Source of the DNA: Basidiobolus meristosporus CBS 931.73
Lineage: Eukaryota; Fungi; Basidiobolomycota
Assembly (NCBI GenBank): GCA_002104905.1
Contig: MCFE01000446.1
Coordinates: forward strand, 1 to 64,000
DNA: 64,000 nt
Reading direction: 5' to 3'
The notes beneath the pieces are model-generated. The model saw nothing but the letters and a program-made list of their open reading frames with translations, ran no database searches and was not told where the DNA came from. This document shows positions 1 to 10,870 of the stretch, in pieces. Within the stretch, counting starts at the first letter, position 1. Each line of letters begins with the position of its first letter. A program made the translations under genes and the position numbers.

Positions 1-679
1 TTACCTTGACGCACTCTGCTCTGCCGCTCATGACGGAGCCTATACTTATACCACTGACAGTTGAAGAAACGCTCTTATCCCTTAGTTTGATTGATGAAAG
101 ATCACTAGTATCGTAAGCTTTGAATCCTTGCATGAGCTCATTTGTAGGCAAATAAATTGCGATTATCAACTAATGCTACGGTATAATCAAAATTTAGTTT
201 AGTGAAAATACAAATCGATTTTATTTATTAAAACATTAGCAGTCTAATAAAATTCACTTTCACGTACAGATAATCGCCAGAATACTCGGCTATTGTTCAA
301 TATATCTATATACAGTAAAAGCACGGATCGATGCAAATAATTATGGAGTATTGTTTGACCATATACTAGTATATACATAGACCAAGAGCTAAGCTAAATA
401 GTGTTACATCAACAATATTCAAAGGTAGCATATAGGTTTCATTCGGTAAGCTTGCGCTCTTACTAACACTAAAGTCCTTTTGCAGTGGCTCCGAATATCA
501 GACATGCACCAAGGACTCGGACTGCGTTTTTCACAACACTAGTTGCGTCAAGAACTACTGTGCCCTCTTTGAAGCATCACTATTTCCAACGTCTACTTTC
601 ACTTTTTCAGTGTCTATTGCTAGCTTTATACTCTGAAGGACTAACTAAGGATGCATTGTTGCCATACCACTTTGTTAAC

Positions 680-685
680 TATAAA
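680..685 (+). promoter_or_regulatory. TATA box of secreted gene A copy 1
   Basis: TATAAA followed by tcggcaaaattt. The same motif (tataaatcggcaaaatt) precedes copy 2 at ~10851. It lies 41 nt before the second ATG (721), the spacing seen at other genes here. Confidence 0.55.
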
Positions 686-699
686 TCGGCAAAATTTGC

Positions 700-1251
700 A
701 TGAGACTCCACCAGCCAGTCATGCAGCTTTCCTTCCTCTTGCTAGTTTCCGCCATCGTTTCGTTGCAAGCAATTTCCGCTACCCCACTCGGTCAATCTCA
801 GGTAGCCTTCACCAATGAGCCATGTGTCGAACAACAGGGTACTTGTTATCTGGACACCTCGGTCCCTAGTCAAGAATACCGGCCGTCAACTGAGGAGGGG
901 GATGATTTGGAGATGAGTGAGCCGATGCAGACAAGCGAGATTTCGGGTGAGCAGCCAAGACTCTCTGGTTTGCAAGGGTTCGACATTTCTAATCTTCAAC
1001 CATCCCAAGCCTTGTTGAACAACATCAATGGCGATTCTTCCAGTAAAGCCAATGCATTGTCCAACTCAAACCAGTTCGACCAAGCGCAAGTCATTGATCA
1101 AACCCTGTACCAGCCCAAGCAGCAACAGCCACAAATTATCATCACTCAGCCAGCAGCGCATGCGCTTAGAGGTGGGTACAAGAAGTATAAGAGATCTGCT
1201 CGTCGCCACTTCAAAGTTAGATATTTCAGTGGAAACAGACATCAAGTCTAG
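700..1251 (+). CDS. Secreted protein A, copy 1 (unknown function; acidic/Gln-rich body, cationic C-terminal tail)
   Basis: Intact 183-aa ORF with signal peptide (MQLSFLLLVSAIVSLQAISA). Paralogue at 10871 keeps the frame, with 14 aa differences over 181 aa. True start is probably Met8 at 721, given TATA spacing. Confidence 0.8.
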   Translation: MRLHQPVMQLSFLLLVSAIVSLQAISATPLGQSQVAFTNEPCVEQQGTCYLDTSVPSQEYRPSTEEGDDLEMSEPMQTSEISGEQPRLSGLQGFDISNLQPSQALLNNINGDSSSKANALSNSNQFDQAQVIDQTLYQPKQQQPQIIITQPAAHALRGGYKKYKRSARRHFKVRYFSGNRHQV

Positions 1252-1600
1252 TAAAAGTAAATTTACGAAATAAAATGAGCAACATATTATCGGTATACTG
1301 ATGATGTACAAGTACTCAAGAATTTGCTGATATGCACACACAGAAATAGTGTCCCTTATCGTTGTACATAATGGCATTATTTGTATTGAAGAGGATTATG
1401 GGCAGCGGTGATAGAACCATATATATATACAGAGACTGTCATTCCAGTGCATGTGTTTTATATGTTACAGGTTTCCTCAATAAAGTCCATAACAGAATCT
1501 AACAAGACTCACTTTATGCCCTCGGCTTAATCTTATTATATAGCCTCCCATGCTATATAGCGGCCTATGCAACTAACTTATTTCTCAGCTATTCTTCAGC

Positions 1601-2098
1601 ATGCGTTCTACTACCGTAGCAGTGATTCTAGGCCTTGCCACTCTTCAAGCTACCGTTGCTGCCCCAATCGGCTGTTCTTCTCCATGTACTCGCGAGTATA
1701 GAAGGGTGCATTATCGCAGCTTACCATGTGCACAGTATGCGAACGATTGCTACCAAAACGTTCGAGTTTTGCCTATTGTTAAGACGTCCAATGTTCAATC
1801 CCCGTTATTGCGCCAGGTTTTCACCACGGTGACCAGAAAGCACGATAACCTGAACATTGCTAATGCCAACAGCAATAAAGGCTTCAATGTCAAGTATCAA
1901 GCAGGACCCAGTCTTGAACTGGAGGGTGGGGCCAACGCATTAGAGTATACCAAACAAAAGGGAGCGGAACACTCGGACGATAGTTCTTTCTCTCCCTACG
2001 TTCTGATGCAGCCCACCCAAGATGTACAATACACAACCCCTGTGGCAGAGATGCAATGCGTAGAAGATTGTCCAGAGCAAAACGTTCAATATAATTAG
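1601..2098 (+). CDS. Secreted protein B, copy 1 (6 Cys, unknown function)
   Basis: Intact 165-aa ORF, signal peptide MRSTTVAVILGLATLQATVA, TATATA at ~1555, AATAAA downstream. Paralogue at 11774 has 14 aa differences over 165. Confidence 0.85.
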   Translation: MRSTTVAVILGLATLQATVAAPIGCSSPCTREYRRVHYRSLPCAQYANDCYQNVRVLPIVKTSNVQSPLLRQVFTTVTRKHDNLNIANANSNKGFNVKYQAGPSLELEGGANALEYTKQKGAEHSDDSSFSPYVLMQPTQDVQYTTPVAEMQCVEDCPEQNVQYN

Positions 2099-2484
2099 TG
2101 CGATGACAATTACGCCTCACTCCATGAGCTGAAAATGTCTAAGTAGCTATCACCACGCTACAACTGAATATTTTCAATCAATAAAATTCAAATGACATTC
2201 TTATAGTTGTTGTTACTTGTGATTAGCTTTTTACTTTCACGCACCTGTATCATGATCAGAGCTGCGGACATTAATATTAGATATTCACTTACGTACTAAA
2301 ATACTCACCCTCAGTCTTTAGTAATGCTGTCCTCCACCGAAAAGGTTGATATTAGAGAGAATATCTGGTAGTGTTCCACAAGTATTCGAGATTGTCAGAC
2401 TGCTCAGTGGCTGTTAGCATTGTGATATCTCCTCTTAAGGTTGCTGCAATCGCTTTTGTGCAAGCTTTAGGAATATAATAAAAG

Positions 2485-2566
2485 TGATGAGGGTGGGGTT
2501 CGAACCCACGCCTCCGAAGAGACTGCGACCTGAACGCAGCGCCTTAGACCACTCGGCCACCTCACC
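2485..2566 (-). tRNA. tRNA-Leu(CAG), intronless, long variable arm
   Basis: Minus strand GGTGAGG...CCTCATC-A acceptor stem; anticodon arm CTGCG-TTCAGGT-CGCAG; GGTTCGAACCC T-loop; TTTT terminator just downstream; 82 nt. Confidence 0.97.
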
Positions 2567-4241
2567 AGCTTATTCTTGATACAAAGTAAAGAGTTAATGG
2601 ATGTTAAGTGCCATCAACGCGTACAAAGACGACCCAGTAGCCCAAAAAAAAAGACAAATCGCATACACTCCCAATAAGGTAAAAATACGAGCCAAACAAT
2701 CAAATAAAGGAGTTAGAATTGAGAACCCTAACATCTTCTCATACTACCCCGTTGAATCCACTGCTGTTGGTTATGATTACATAGTAATGAATTCAACCCG
2801 CGAAAAGTGCTACATTATACCGGATAAACTAGACTGTTTTCAGTTTTGGAACGTGATCAATATTAACGACAAGCCCACATATCTTAGCACCTACTGTGGT
2901 AGTTGAAGATTCTTTAAAACTAGTCATCCTAACCTTACTTTAGCGGCTCAAGGCCTTCCTTGCTAAAAAAGGTACTTTGGCATTCTATATCAACGACTGA
3001 ACCTCTTGAACCAGCTTTACGACCAATCAAAGGATTGTTGCAATTATGGGTGCAAACAAGAACCATCATCAAAAAAGCAAAGCATCCAGCCGAAGTCAAG
3101 CCCAATATCAGCTAGTTGTTCAAAAAGAATATCATGTGGGACATATGGACTCCAACAGCGAATGTATCGAAGTCTATCTGGAAAAATATGAACACTTGCT
3201 CAAGTGGAAAAATATAATCTATATGTAATAAAAGTGAGCCTTCAGCTTGGATCAATGCAAATAATAATCCGATTACTCATAATTGGGTGACTTTTGTTTA
3301 CGATATTGTAGTCAGTCAGTTGCATGTACCTGAAATACAAAAATATGACAAATCATGCGTATTTCGCTTGAAAGACTAAACCTCCAGGTGGATTACCAAA
3401 GGTGGATGATTACCAATTTAATATAAAGTCGCCAGTGCCTGCATGTTGTATGACCTGAAACTTAGTGATTGATAGTCGTGGGAACTAAGAAGATCCGTCG
3501 GACTACGCATACACAAATATAAAGCCCAAAGAGGAGTGTCGATTCAAGAAACACTTAACGACAAAATTGGATATGCAGCAAAGTGCACCAGAGTGGTGTT
3601 ACATCAACATATTCAAAGTGGCATATAGGTTTCATTCAGTTAGTTTGCACCCTTACTGACGCTAAGTCTTTCTGCAGTGGCTCCAAATATCAGGCATGCA
3701 CCAAGACTCGACTGCGTTTTGACAACACTAATTGCGCAGAACTACTGTGCCTCTTTTAAGCATCACTATTTCCAACGTCTACTTCACTTTTCAGTGTCTA
3801 TTGCTAGCTTATACTCTAAAGCGACTTGGTTGACATTATATGCTGCATATACTAATTTCGTGTATGCACTATCTCACATGAGGTAAAGTAGTCAACGGCG
3901 AGGCACCCAGGTTAATCAATCTAGCTCGCATAAAGCTAATTGAGTGGGATCGCAGAAGGTGATATAAATCGGAGTACAAGAAGTCACGCCACTTTAAAGA
4001 TACTAGGATTAGCACTAGTATGCTCCAGAAATCATGTTGAGTTCCACAAAATAATGGAAGAAAATTGAAAAAATAGAACTATGACATGTGTGAGGGAATG
4101 CAAAATACCGATGGTACTTCAAACAGTATAGTAATTGTGTGAGTCATGACCTGATTAATCCATGAAATATATAATTGTAATTTCCCAGCTAACCCATATT
4201 GTATGCTATATAACAGCCCACAGATACGTTATTCACTCCAC

Positions 4242-4725
4242 ATGCGCTTTATTACTGTAGCAGTATCTAGACCTTGCCGCGAATCAAGTTGCCGCTTGCT
4301 GCCCTAATCGGCTATTCTTCTACCATGCACTCGCGAATATAGAAGGGTTCATCGATCGCAGTTTACCATGTGTACAGTATGCGAACGATTGACCTACCAA
4401 AACGTTCGTGTTTTGCCAGTCGTTTTAAGACGCCTAATGTCCGATCCCCGTTATTGCGTCAGGGTTTCACCACCGTGACCTAGAAAGCAAGTTAACCTGA
4501 GCATTGCTAATGCCAGCAGCAATAAGGGCTTCAATGCATCAAGTATCAAGCAGGGCCCAGTCTTCGAACTGGAGGGTCGGGGCAACTGACATTACGAATA
4601 TGCCAAGCAAAATGACTGATAGTTCTTTCTCTCCCTACGTTCTGATGCAGCCCACCCAAGATGTACAGTACACAACCCTAGTAATAGAGATACAATGCAT
4701 AAAAGAACAAAATATTCAATACACT
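4242..4725 (+). pseudogene. Pseudogene of secreted protein B
   Basis: Clear nucleotide homology to 1601-2098, with many 1-2 bp indels and an internal deletion. Confidence 0.8.
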
Positions 4726-5203
4726 CATTGTGACTGATAATTGCGCCTAATCAGATAAATCAACCTTAACTGAGAATATTGAGTAGGCAAGACAAATAAG
4801 CACTATTTGCACGACTACCCTACTCTCACAGTCATCATAGACTTTCAATCCACGGTAGACACAGTTTACCAGTCCAATAAGAATTCGACATTATGACAAT
4901 ACCTCACAACGACACTCACCGTAGGAACAGGGACACTTTACATTTGGTTGGTAGCAAGGTGAATAGTGAATGCAACATAGCCGGGATAGAGAAGCTCAAT
5001 ACAGCGTTGTGTATCAACTACCGCATTTGGAGAGACTGGTGGGCTCTTACATTGAGATGTCAGTGAGCCCTTTTCAGCGCCAGTTTCAATGTTTGTGTAC
5101 TCATTCCATCGAACTGTAAATAGTATGTATCGATATTGGGAGTTAAATTGCCGTTTAAGTCAACATACCATTGTATAATTCGTGAGACGCAAAACGACTC
5201 ATA

Positions 5204-6150
5204 CTACGATTTCTCAAGCAAGGGCTTGAAGCGTGCACACAGGAATGGCACTGTTCTTACGTAGTTGGTTATTTCATAGTCAATAACTCTAGTCCGGAGT
5301 AGTATATATAATACTGTTATTTTCGTCGATTTCAATATTATGGGATTTGGCCACGAAATGAATGAAAATTTTTATCCATTTTTTTCCTATAAATATGGGG
5401 CATCTGTCGTTTGGTATCGTTACGACTGTACTTTACAGGATTATGTATATAGTACATTCCCAGTCTTTGTTTCCCAACAAAGACACTAATACCAAGCTGG
5501 TAGATGAGATGTAGTGCGCTGTCCGTAAAGGGAAGTGTGAGCAGTGGCCAATCGGTCTTTCGGGACCATAGGACCTGCTCAGTTGATGAACTTGCCGGTT
5601 GATTATTCCAACAGCCTGGCGAGGACGGTCTGCACATTCTGACAGCTTGTTGTTAACCAAATATCACTCAAAAATCAAATCAAAATACCAATCTCTCTCG
5701 CTACATATACATATTGAAAATCAGCAAGCAATGAAAAGAAAAACACTTAATTTTGATTGCAAAATGACATACTTGTTTAATTACCATTACAGTTTTCTGA
5801 TCATTAAAATCAAATTCATAACCGAATGTTTAAGTGGACACACAACTTTGCATAAAAAAGGAAAAGATAAAGTCGGTAGTCGAACTTTATTGTAGCGGCT
5901 ACTGGTGACCATCCACTCAGACTTGCCAACCTCTGACTGCTCCAGTGCGCTTGGTTTTCGTTGCTCTGTTGCCAGCCTCACGCGTTCCCCAAGTCTTTAA
6001 TAATCTTGCCATCTCACAATTACTTGAAGATGCCAATGTCAACACTAGGCTCCAGAGGACAACGCCCTCGACATGGATCGAAATCATCAGCAGGGACCCA
6101 CTACTCAAGCCTTCACCCAACCAGTTCTCCAGAAGCTTGAGCTACAGATA
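5204..6150 (-). pseudogene. Decayed membrane-protein (possibly 7TM/GPCR-like) coding remnant
   Basis: Minus-strand fragments include hydrophobic stretches and an open C-terminal frame ..NPIILKSTKITVLYILL..YEITNYVRTVPFLCARFKPLLEKS*. Homologous copies at ~14.9-15.7 kb and 28.5-28.85 kb. Family assignment is weak. Confidence 0.3.
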
Positions 6151-6299
6151 GACGCCACTCTACCCAACTGCTCAATTATTCGAAAATCCAAATTTAACGA
6201 AAGATAGAATGAAGGGGCTAAGGGTTATGGGATTGAGATTATTTATTACAATGCTTTAATATTCATTACCATCGCTTTAAGCTACCTTTACTGTTCCTT

Positions 6300-6960
6300 A
6301 GTAGACCCATACCACACTCACATACCTCAGGAATGACTGTATGGTGACACTCCTGCGTAATGATTTCGGGCAATAGCTATCTGTGCTGGGGCATAGGGCC
6401 AGTGGGGGGGTACAGAGAGGCATTGTAATTATCAATATATTTATCTCGCTTCTAGCTCGATCCCCTAGTACCACATACATATCCCCTAGTACCACAGACA
6501 CTGTTTCAAAGGTGAAGTCCTTACTCCGGTAAGTCAGGTCCAAAAGCGTACGTGTTCTCTTAAAATATGCCTTGCATTGTTGTATACTACACTCACATCT
6601 CTGTAACCATGGTCTATGGGTAGACAAATGCGCCAAAGAAAACGCTCAATCCGGAAGAAGAGTGTTTGACACGGTTATTCTGGAGATTGCCGACTTGATT
6701 CCTCATAGCTCATCTTACAATGAAAAGTGCGGAGTTTGGCTGGCATACCAACGCATACACCGAAGTATTGAGGATGCATGGCTGTTATCGTACCTCTATT
6801 TCTCATCCAAAAAGGCTTCATTGAAATGAATGAACAAACCTGCGGTGTTACATACTCAGTTTTCCTGCCACCAACGCAGTGAATGTAGCCTCGATTCGGG
6901 TCTATCATCTCAGCCACCACTATGCCAAGACTTAACCCGCAGCTGATGCACCACTCTTAA
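6300..6960 (-). pseudogene. Decayed coding remnant, membrane-protein-like
   Basis: Broken frames with hydrophobic segments (e.g. SGLSVFFGAFVYP); duplicated at ~15.9-16.6 kb. Identity uncertain. Confidence 0.22.
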
Positions 6961-8070
6961 GACATGAACAACTTGAATGGATTGATGGCCTAACCGAATA
7001 TTTTGTTATGGATTGACAAGGACAATGAACAGCACTTATTGATTCATTAAATGGCACTTTGCTCATTTCACCAGTACTCTTGGTTCAACTCTAAGTAGGG
7101 CAATAGTGGCAATACCAATGCTACCTAAAAGTCTAACAACGCACTTGTATGCACAAGCTCATGTCGTGATATGAGGGAAAGAGGATCAGGCAGTTAGTGC
7201 CCAGATGGTAAATGTCTTAATCTTCAGTGTGTATTTCCACGGGTAAAGTCTTATTAATGTAAGCTGCGGATAAACATCACCACTAGTCACTACTTTAATG
7301 AATGGAAAGTAGTAAGCTTCTTATCCACAAAGCCATTGCATACCACTTAGTCATATCTATATTTACTTGTATGTGGAATGACGAAAAATCAAAGAGTCAT
7401 CCAACAAACACTTGCGTGTTATTGCAAATAGCGGCATCTAGATTTAAAATCAAGATTCATCGGTATTTTTGGGGTTCTCTAGCTAGTGTTTATCGCAGAC
7501 CATGTGCAACAATGTTATATATCATTTATACTTTATAAGCGACAGTGCTACCTAGGGCGTTGCATATGTTGATTGAATATCATTACCGCTTTAAGTCTCA
7601 AACGGTATTCACTCTCATTCCATTGTTACAGAGTGCTTAGCCACAACAGCCATAGAATGTACATGCTACAGTAAACGTAATTATCAACATTGTCTATGCA
7701 TCTCGAGGTCCTGATTTACTTTCCCGTTAGAGACCAAAGATGCCTTATTGGTGTAGAACTACCCCTACACAATAGCATATCTGATGAGCAACCCGGTTTA
7801 TGGATTTTGATTTTGTGTATTAATACCACATTAACTCTGTACCACTATGCCATAATGCTGCAGCTTTGTGGAACTGGTTTACATTACCCAGGTAGCCTTC
7901 TGAGCTGGTTTACATTACCCGGGTAACTTTCTTCTCTTGCACAACCATTTGTAGAGCTAGCCACAGCGACTATTGACAAAAGTATGTGCAACAATGGGGA
8001 AATGACGCCTATATATTGAGCTCACCTTGCTGCTAGACATCATTCACACACTAAGCTCTCAATCAAAACA

Positions 8071-8268
8071 ATGATGAAGAAGTTTGCAGTCTCCCTGATG
8101 GTCGCCTTTCTTGTGGCCAGCTCCAGTTCCGGCTCCGTAGATGCTCTCTCGTGCCAAGCCCAAGGGAACTCAAGAGGCTCCTTGTGCATTTCCGGTAGCT
8201 GCCCCACCGGTTGGAGATCCGTCTTCTGGGATACTGGATGCAAGTCTGGCCAGAGATGCTGTATCTGA
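8071..8268 (+). CDS. Small secreted cysteine-rich peptide with beta-defensin-like Cys spacing
   Basis: 65 aa: signal peptide plus 40-aa mature part, C-x10-C-x4-C-x12-C-x5-CC. TATATA ~60 nt upstream, AATAAA right after the stop. Confidence 0.8.
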   Translation: MMKKFAVSLMVAFLVASSSSGSVDALSCQAQGNSRGSLCISGSCPTGWRSVFWDTGCKSGQRCCI

Positions 8269-9331
8269 TGATTAATAAATCTATTACGTTCAATGTTGAA
8301 TGCTATAAATAATGCAAGTATACAAAGTAGCTGGATAAAGAAGTAAACAGTGTATGTTGGGGTATTCTAACCATACATGCTACACATCATTTACAACAGT
8401 ATAAATAAAAGTGCTACTCTGTCAAAAACCTCTGGTGGATGCTGGACAATAAGTATAAATACACTAGTAGATGTATGTGACTATTTATTCCCATAATATC
8501 AGGGCCTGGGATCCCATTATAATCACTAATTAGTCTTAGTGCTTCTGTTTGATGCTTCCTATTCTGTTTATAGAATCATCAACCTAGACTAGTGCTTCCA
8601 ACAGTAATACTTGTGTGTGAATTTCATGATAGCATATTACCAAATCTTGTGAGAGGTTATTCACCCTATTCACCCTATTCACCCTATTAGGATCACTTAA
8701 CCTACAGGCAAGCTCCCAAATACATAAACTGCCAATAGATAGTAATATAAGGGTAAAAAAAATCTAGCAAAATACCTATATGGCTGCAGGAGTCCTCAAA
8801 ATAAGAGTTCTAGATAATCTATTTTTCCTGCTTAGAAACACGTTGATTTCTTCAGCACCTACATAGATCAGCGCAATAGCTGTTGCAGATTCAAAGTGGC
8901 GTCCGGCTGATAGATGCTTAACGGTCTCAAGGTTATTTAGGATATACGCTGAGTTCTAGATTGTTTGGCAACATAAATTAAACAAAGCCTTTTCTAAAGG
9001 AAGCCAACGCTACTAAGGCAAAAGCAAAGACCTCAGGGGTGCCATATCATATTGACCGCAACAGAAAAGGATTGTCTTCAGGAGTGCGGAGCGTGCGACA
9101 CGATACTGATTGCTGGAACGGATGCCTGTACATGGCAGTTATACACGTATATCTGATCAAAACACTTAAACAATCAAAGTAGCAGCTCACACATGTGTTA
9201 GATGCTCACAGTGCAATGAGCATAATACAGCTGGGTCAAAGGAATGTTTATTACTTCTCAATGCTTCAGCTAAATATCCATAACAGCAACATCTCCAAGA
9301 GTCCACCGGCTACGTAGGCACCAACCAAACC

Positions 9332-9550
9332 CTACGAGATTACCCATGTCTGGCTATCCACACAGGCGGTCCCCTTTCTCCCTTCGAGGATCTGCTTGAA
9401 GGACAGCTCGCCAGTTCCGGGTCCTCTCCAAGTCCAGCGAATCCCTTTGACTGTGACTGAGGCGTAGTTCCCGTTGTTAGCTCTCTTGGCTCTGGCAATT
9501 TCTTCTCTGACATCGGCAGAATACAAACGGGCTTCTTGATCGGATACCAT
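9332..9550 (-). CDS. Small hypothetical protein (72 aa)
   Basis: ATG at 9550 (MVSDQEARLYSADVREEIARAKR..); ATATAAA ~56 nt upstream on the minus strand; gene-like composition. Confidence 0.5.
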   Translation of the reverse strand: MVSDQEARLYSADVREEIARAKRANNGNYASVTVKGIRWTWRGPGTGELSFKQILEGRKGTACVDSQTWVIS

Positions 9551-9829
9551 GGCTGAGGAAGTGGAGTGCAATAAGTCTTGAGACTGACAAGCCCACACCT
9601 GCTGCTTTATATCACCTTATCCAGGTGGTGGCTTAGTGTTAGCCGCTTCATGTGCCCTTTTCTAATAAGTACAGCGGCTTCCTACCTAAAGTGCTGAGTC
9701 TTAGGCCAAGCTTGGAGAAATGATCCAGAAATCATGAATGGTTACAGTTGAGGCCAAATCTGCAACATTACCTGAGGAAACCAGTACTAGCTAAACACAT
9801 CCATGAATATTTCCTTCTTGCCGACACCG

Positions 9830-10718
9830 TCTCTATGCACCATGCCGGTCATTGGTGACAAGGATTTGCACCAATCAGCAATGAGTCTGTTCTTGAAATA
9901 ACAGGTTATGTAATCAACCTGCCCAAAAGAATGACCGTGGTAGTCGGTGGCTGGGCTCTTAATCCGACGCTGTACTCCATCTGTGGCAGGGTAAAGTTTG
10001 CAATAGATAAGTGCATGTGTCTTGCAAGAAAGCATCGCCATCCAAGCTATTGATTGTAGCAGCATAGATAAAGCGTAACACAAATAAAGTGAACAGTCAC
10101 ATTTGGCTTGTTTCTTGACAAATAACTAATTGAAAACGCGTGCACTACAACAAGAAATTCCAAGGCAGCCTATCCCGAGCGCTATCCACTCAATATCCCC
10201 AACTCTTGGCAAACAACTGACCAATTTATTCTTGCCTGTACTGTGCTGTACACCCCAGGACAGTCGTATTGTTCACCAATCAGCAACAGCCCTAGGTTCT
10301 TGTAATAACAGGTTAATTTGATACGCCTGCCCCAAAGCTTAACTGTGGTGGCTGCTCTCCAGTTGCGGCAGGGTCAGTTCAGCAATATTTATAAGCATAT
10401 GTATAGCAAGAAAGCAACACTACCAAAGGACAATACCTTCCAGGTAATGATAAGGACTATCGTAAGAGATACTTGCCTTAAAGATGTAACAAAGATACCA
10501 AGCTCACAGGACAAAGTACCATCCAGAAAAGCTACACTGATGCAAAGGGAGTACCAAAACCCATTGAAATTGACCGAAATCACCTTGGAGCTATCGACGG
10601 TAATGTTTAGGCTCATTAGTAAACAATTACCAAAGTCCTTACCAATATGGATAGCTATTGCAAAAACTGAGAGAATTGTGAATGATATTAAGGATATCAT
10701 TGACCAGATCGCCCTCAT
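9830..10718 (-). pseudogene. 7TM/GPCR-like pseudogene
   Basis: First 109 codons give three TM-like helices with an Asp in helix 2 and a Cys before helix 3 (SCELGIFVTSLRQVSLTIVLII). The same frame continues through stops to further hydrophobic segments and LLIGANP. Confidence 0.4.
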
Positions 10719-10870
10719 TCTTTACACTTTGAAGTGCAGCCTATACTGTGTAGCCTTGGTACGAAGAGGTAAAGTAGCAAAGGTCAAATCAATCTAGCTC
10801 GCATAAAGCTAGCGCTATGAACGAAGCCTAATTGAGTGGGATCGAGGTGATATAAATCGGCAAAATTCGC

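Larger units (their letters stand above)
680..6960 (+). repeat. Segmental duplication unit 1 (partner ~10850-16620)
   Basis: Colinear by-eye match of A, B, tRNA, spacer, pseudo-B and downstream remnants to 10.85-16.6 kb; roughly 90% identity in the genes, with indels between. Confidence 0.9.

Noticed and set aside
485-703. 72-aa ORF MAPNIRHAP.. and its copy at 3677
   Set aside because: GTG start, frames not conserved among the three copies (485, 3677, ~13615); treated as duplicated upstream spacer.
6300-6960. Initially considered a KDZ/CxC-type transposase remnant
   Set aside because: No convincing catalytic or Cys-cluster motifs; the duplicate copy reads more like hydrophobic helices.
8659-8689. 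(TTCACCCTA)x3 and the nearby TGGTTTACATTACCC direct repeat at ~7876/7906
   Set aside because: Short slippage duplications with no spacer structure; not CRISPR-like or telomeric arrays.
8850-9150. Another possible membrane-protein remnant on the minus strand (YGTPEVFAFALVAL.., NSAYILNNLE..)
   Set aside because: Too short and broken to support; only suggestive.
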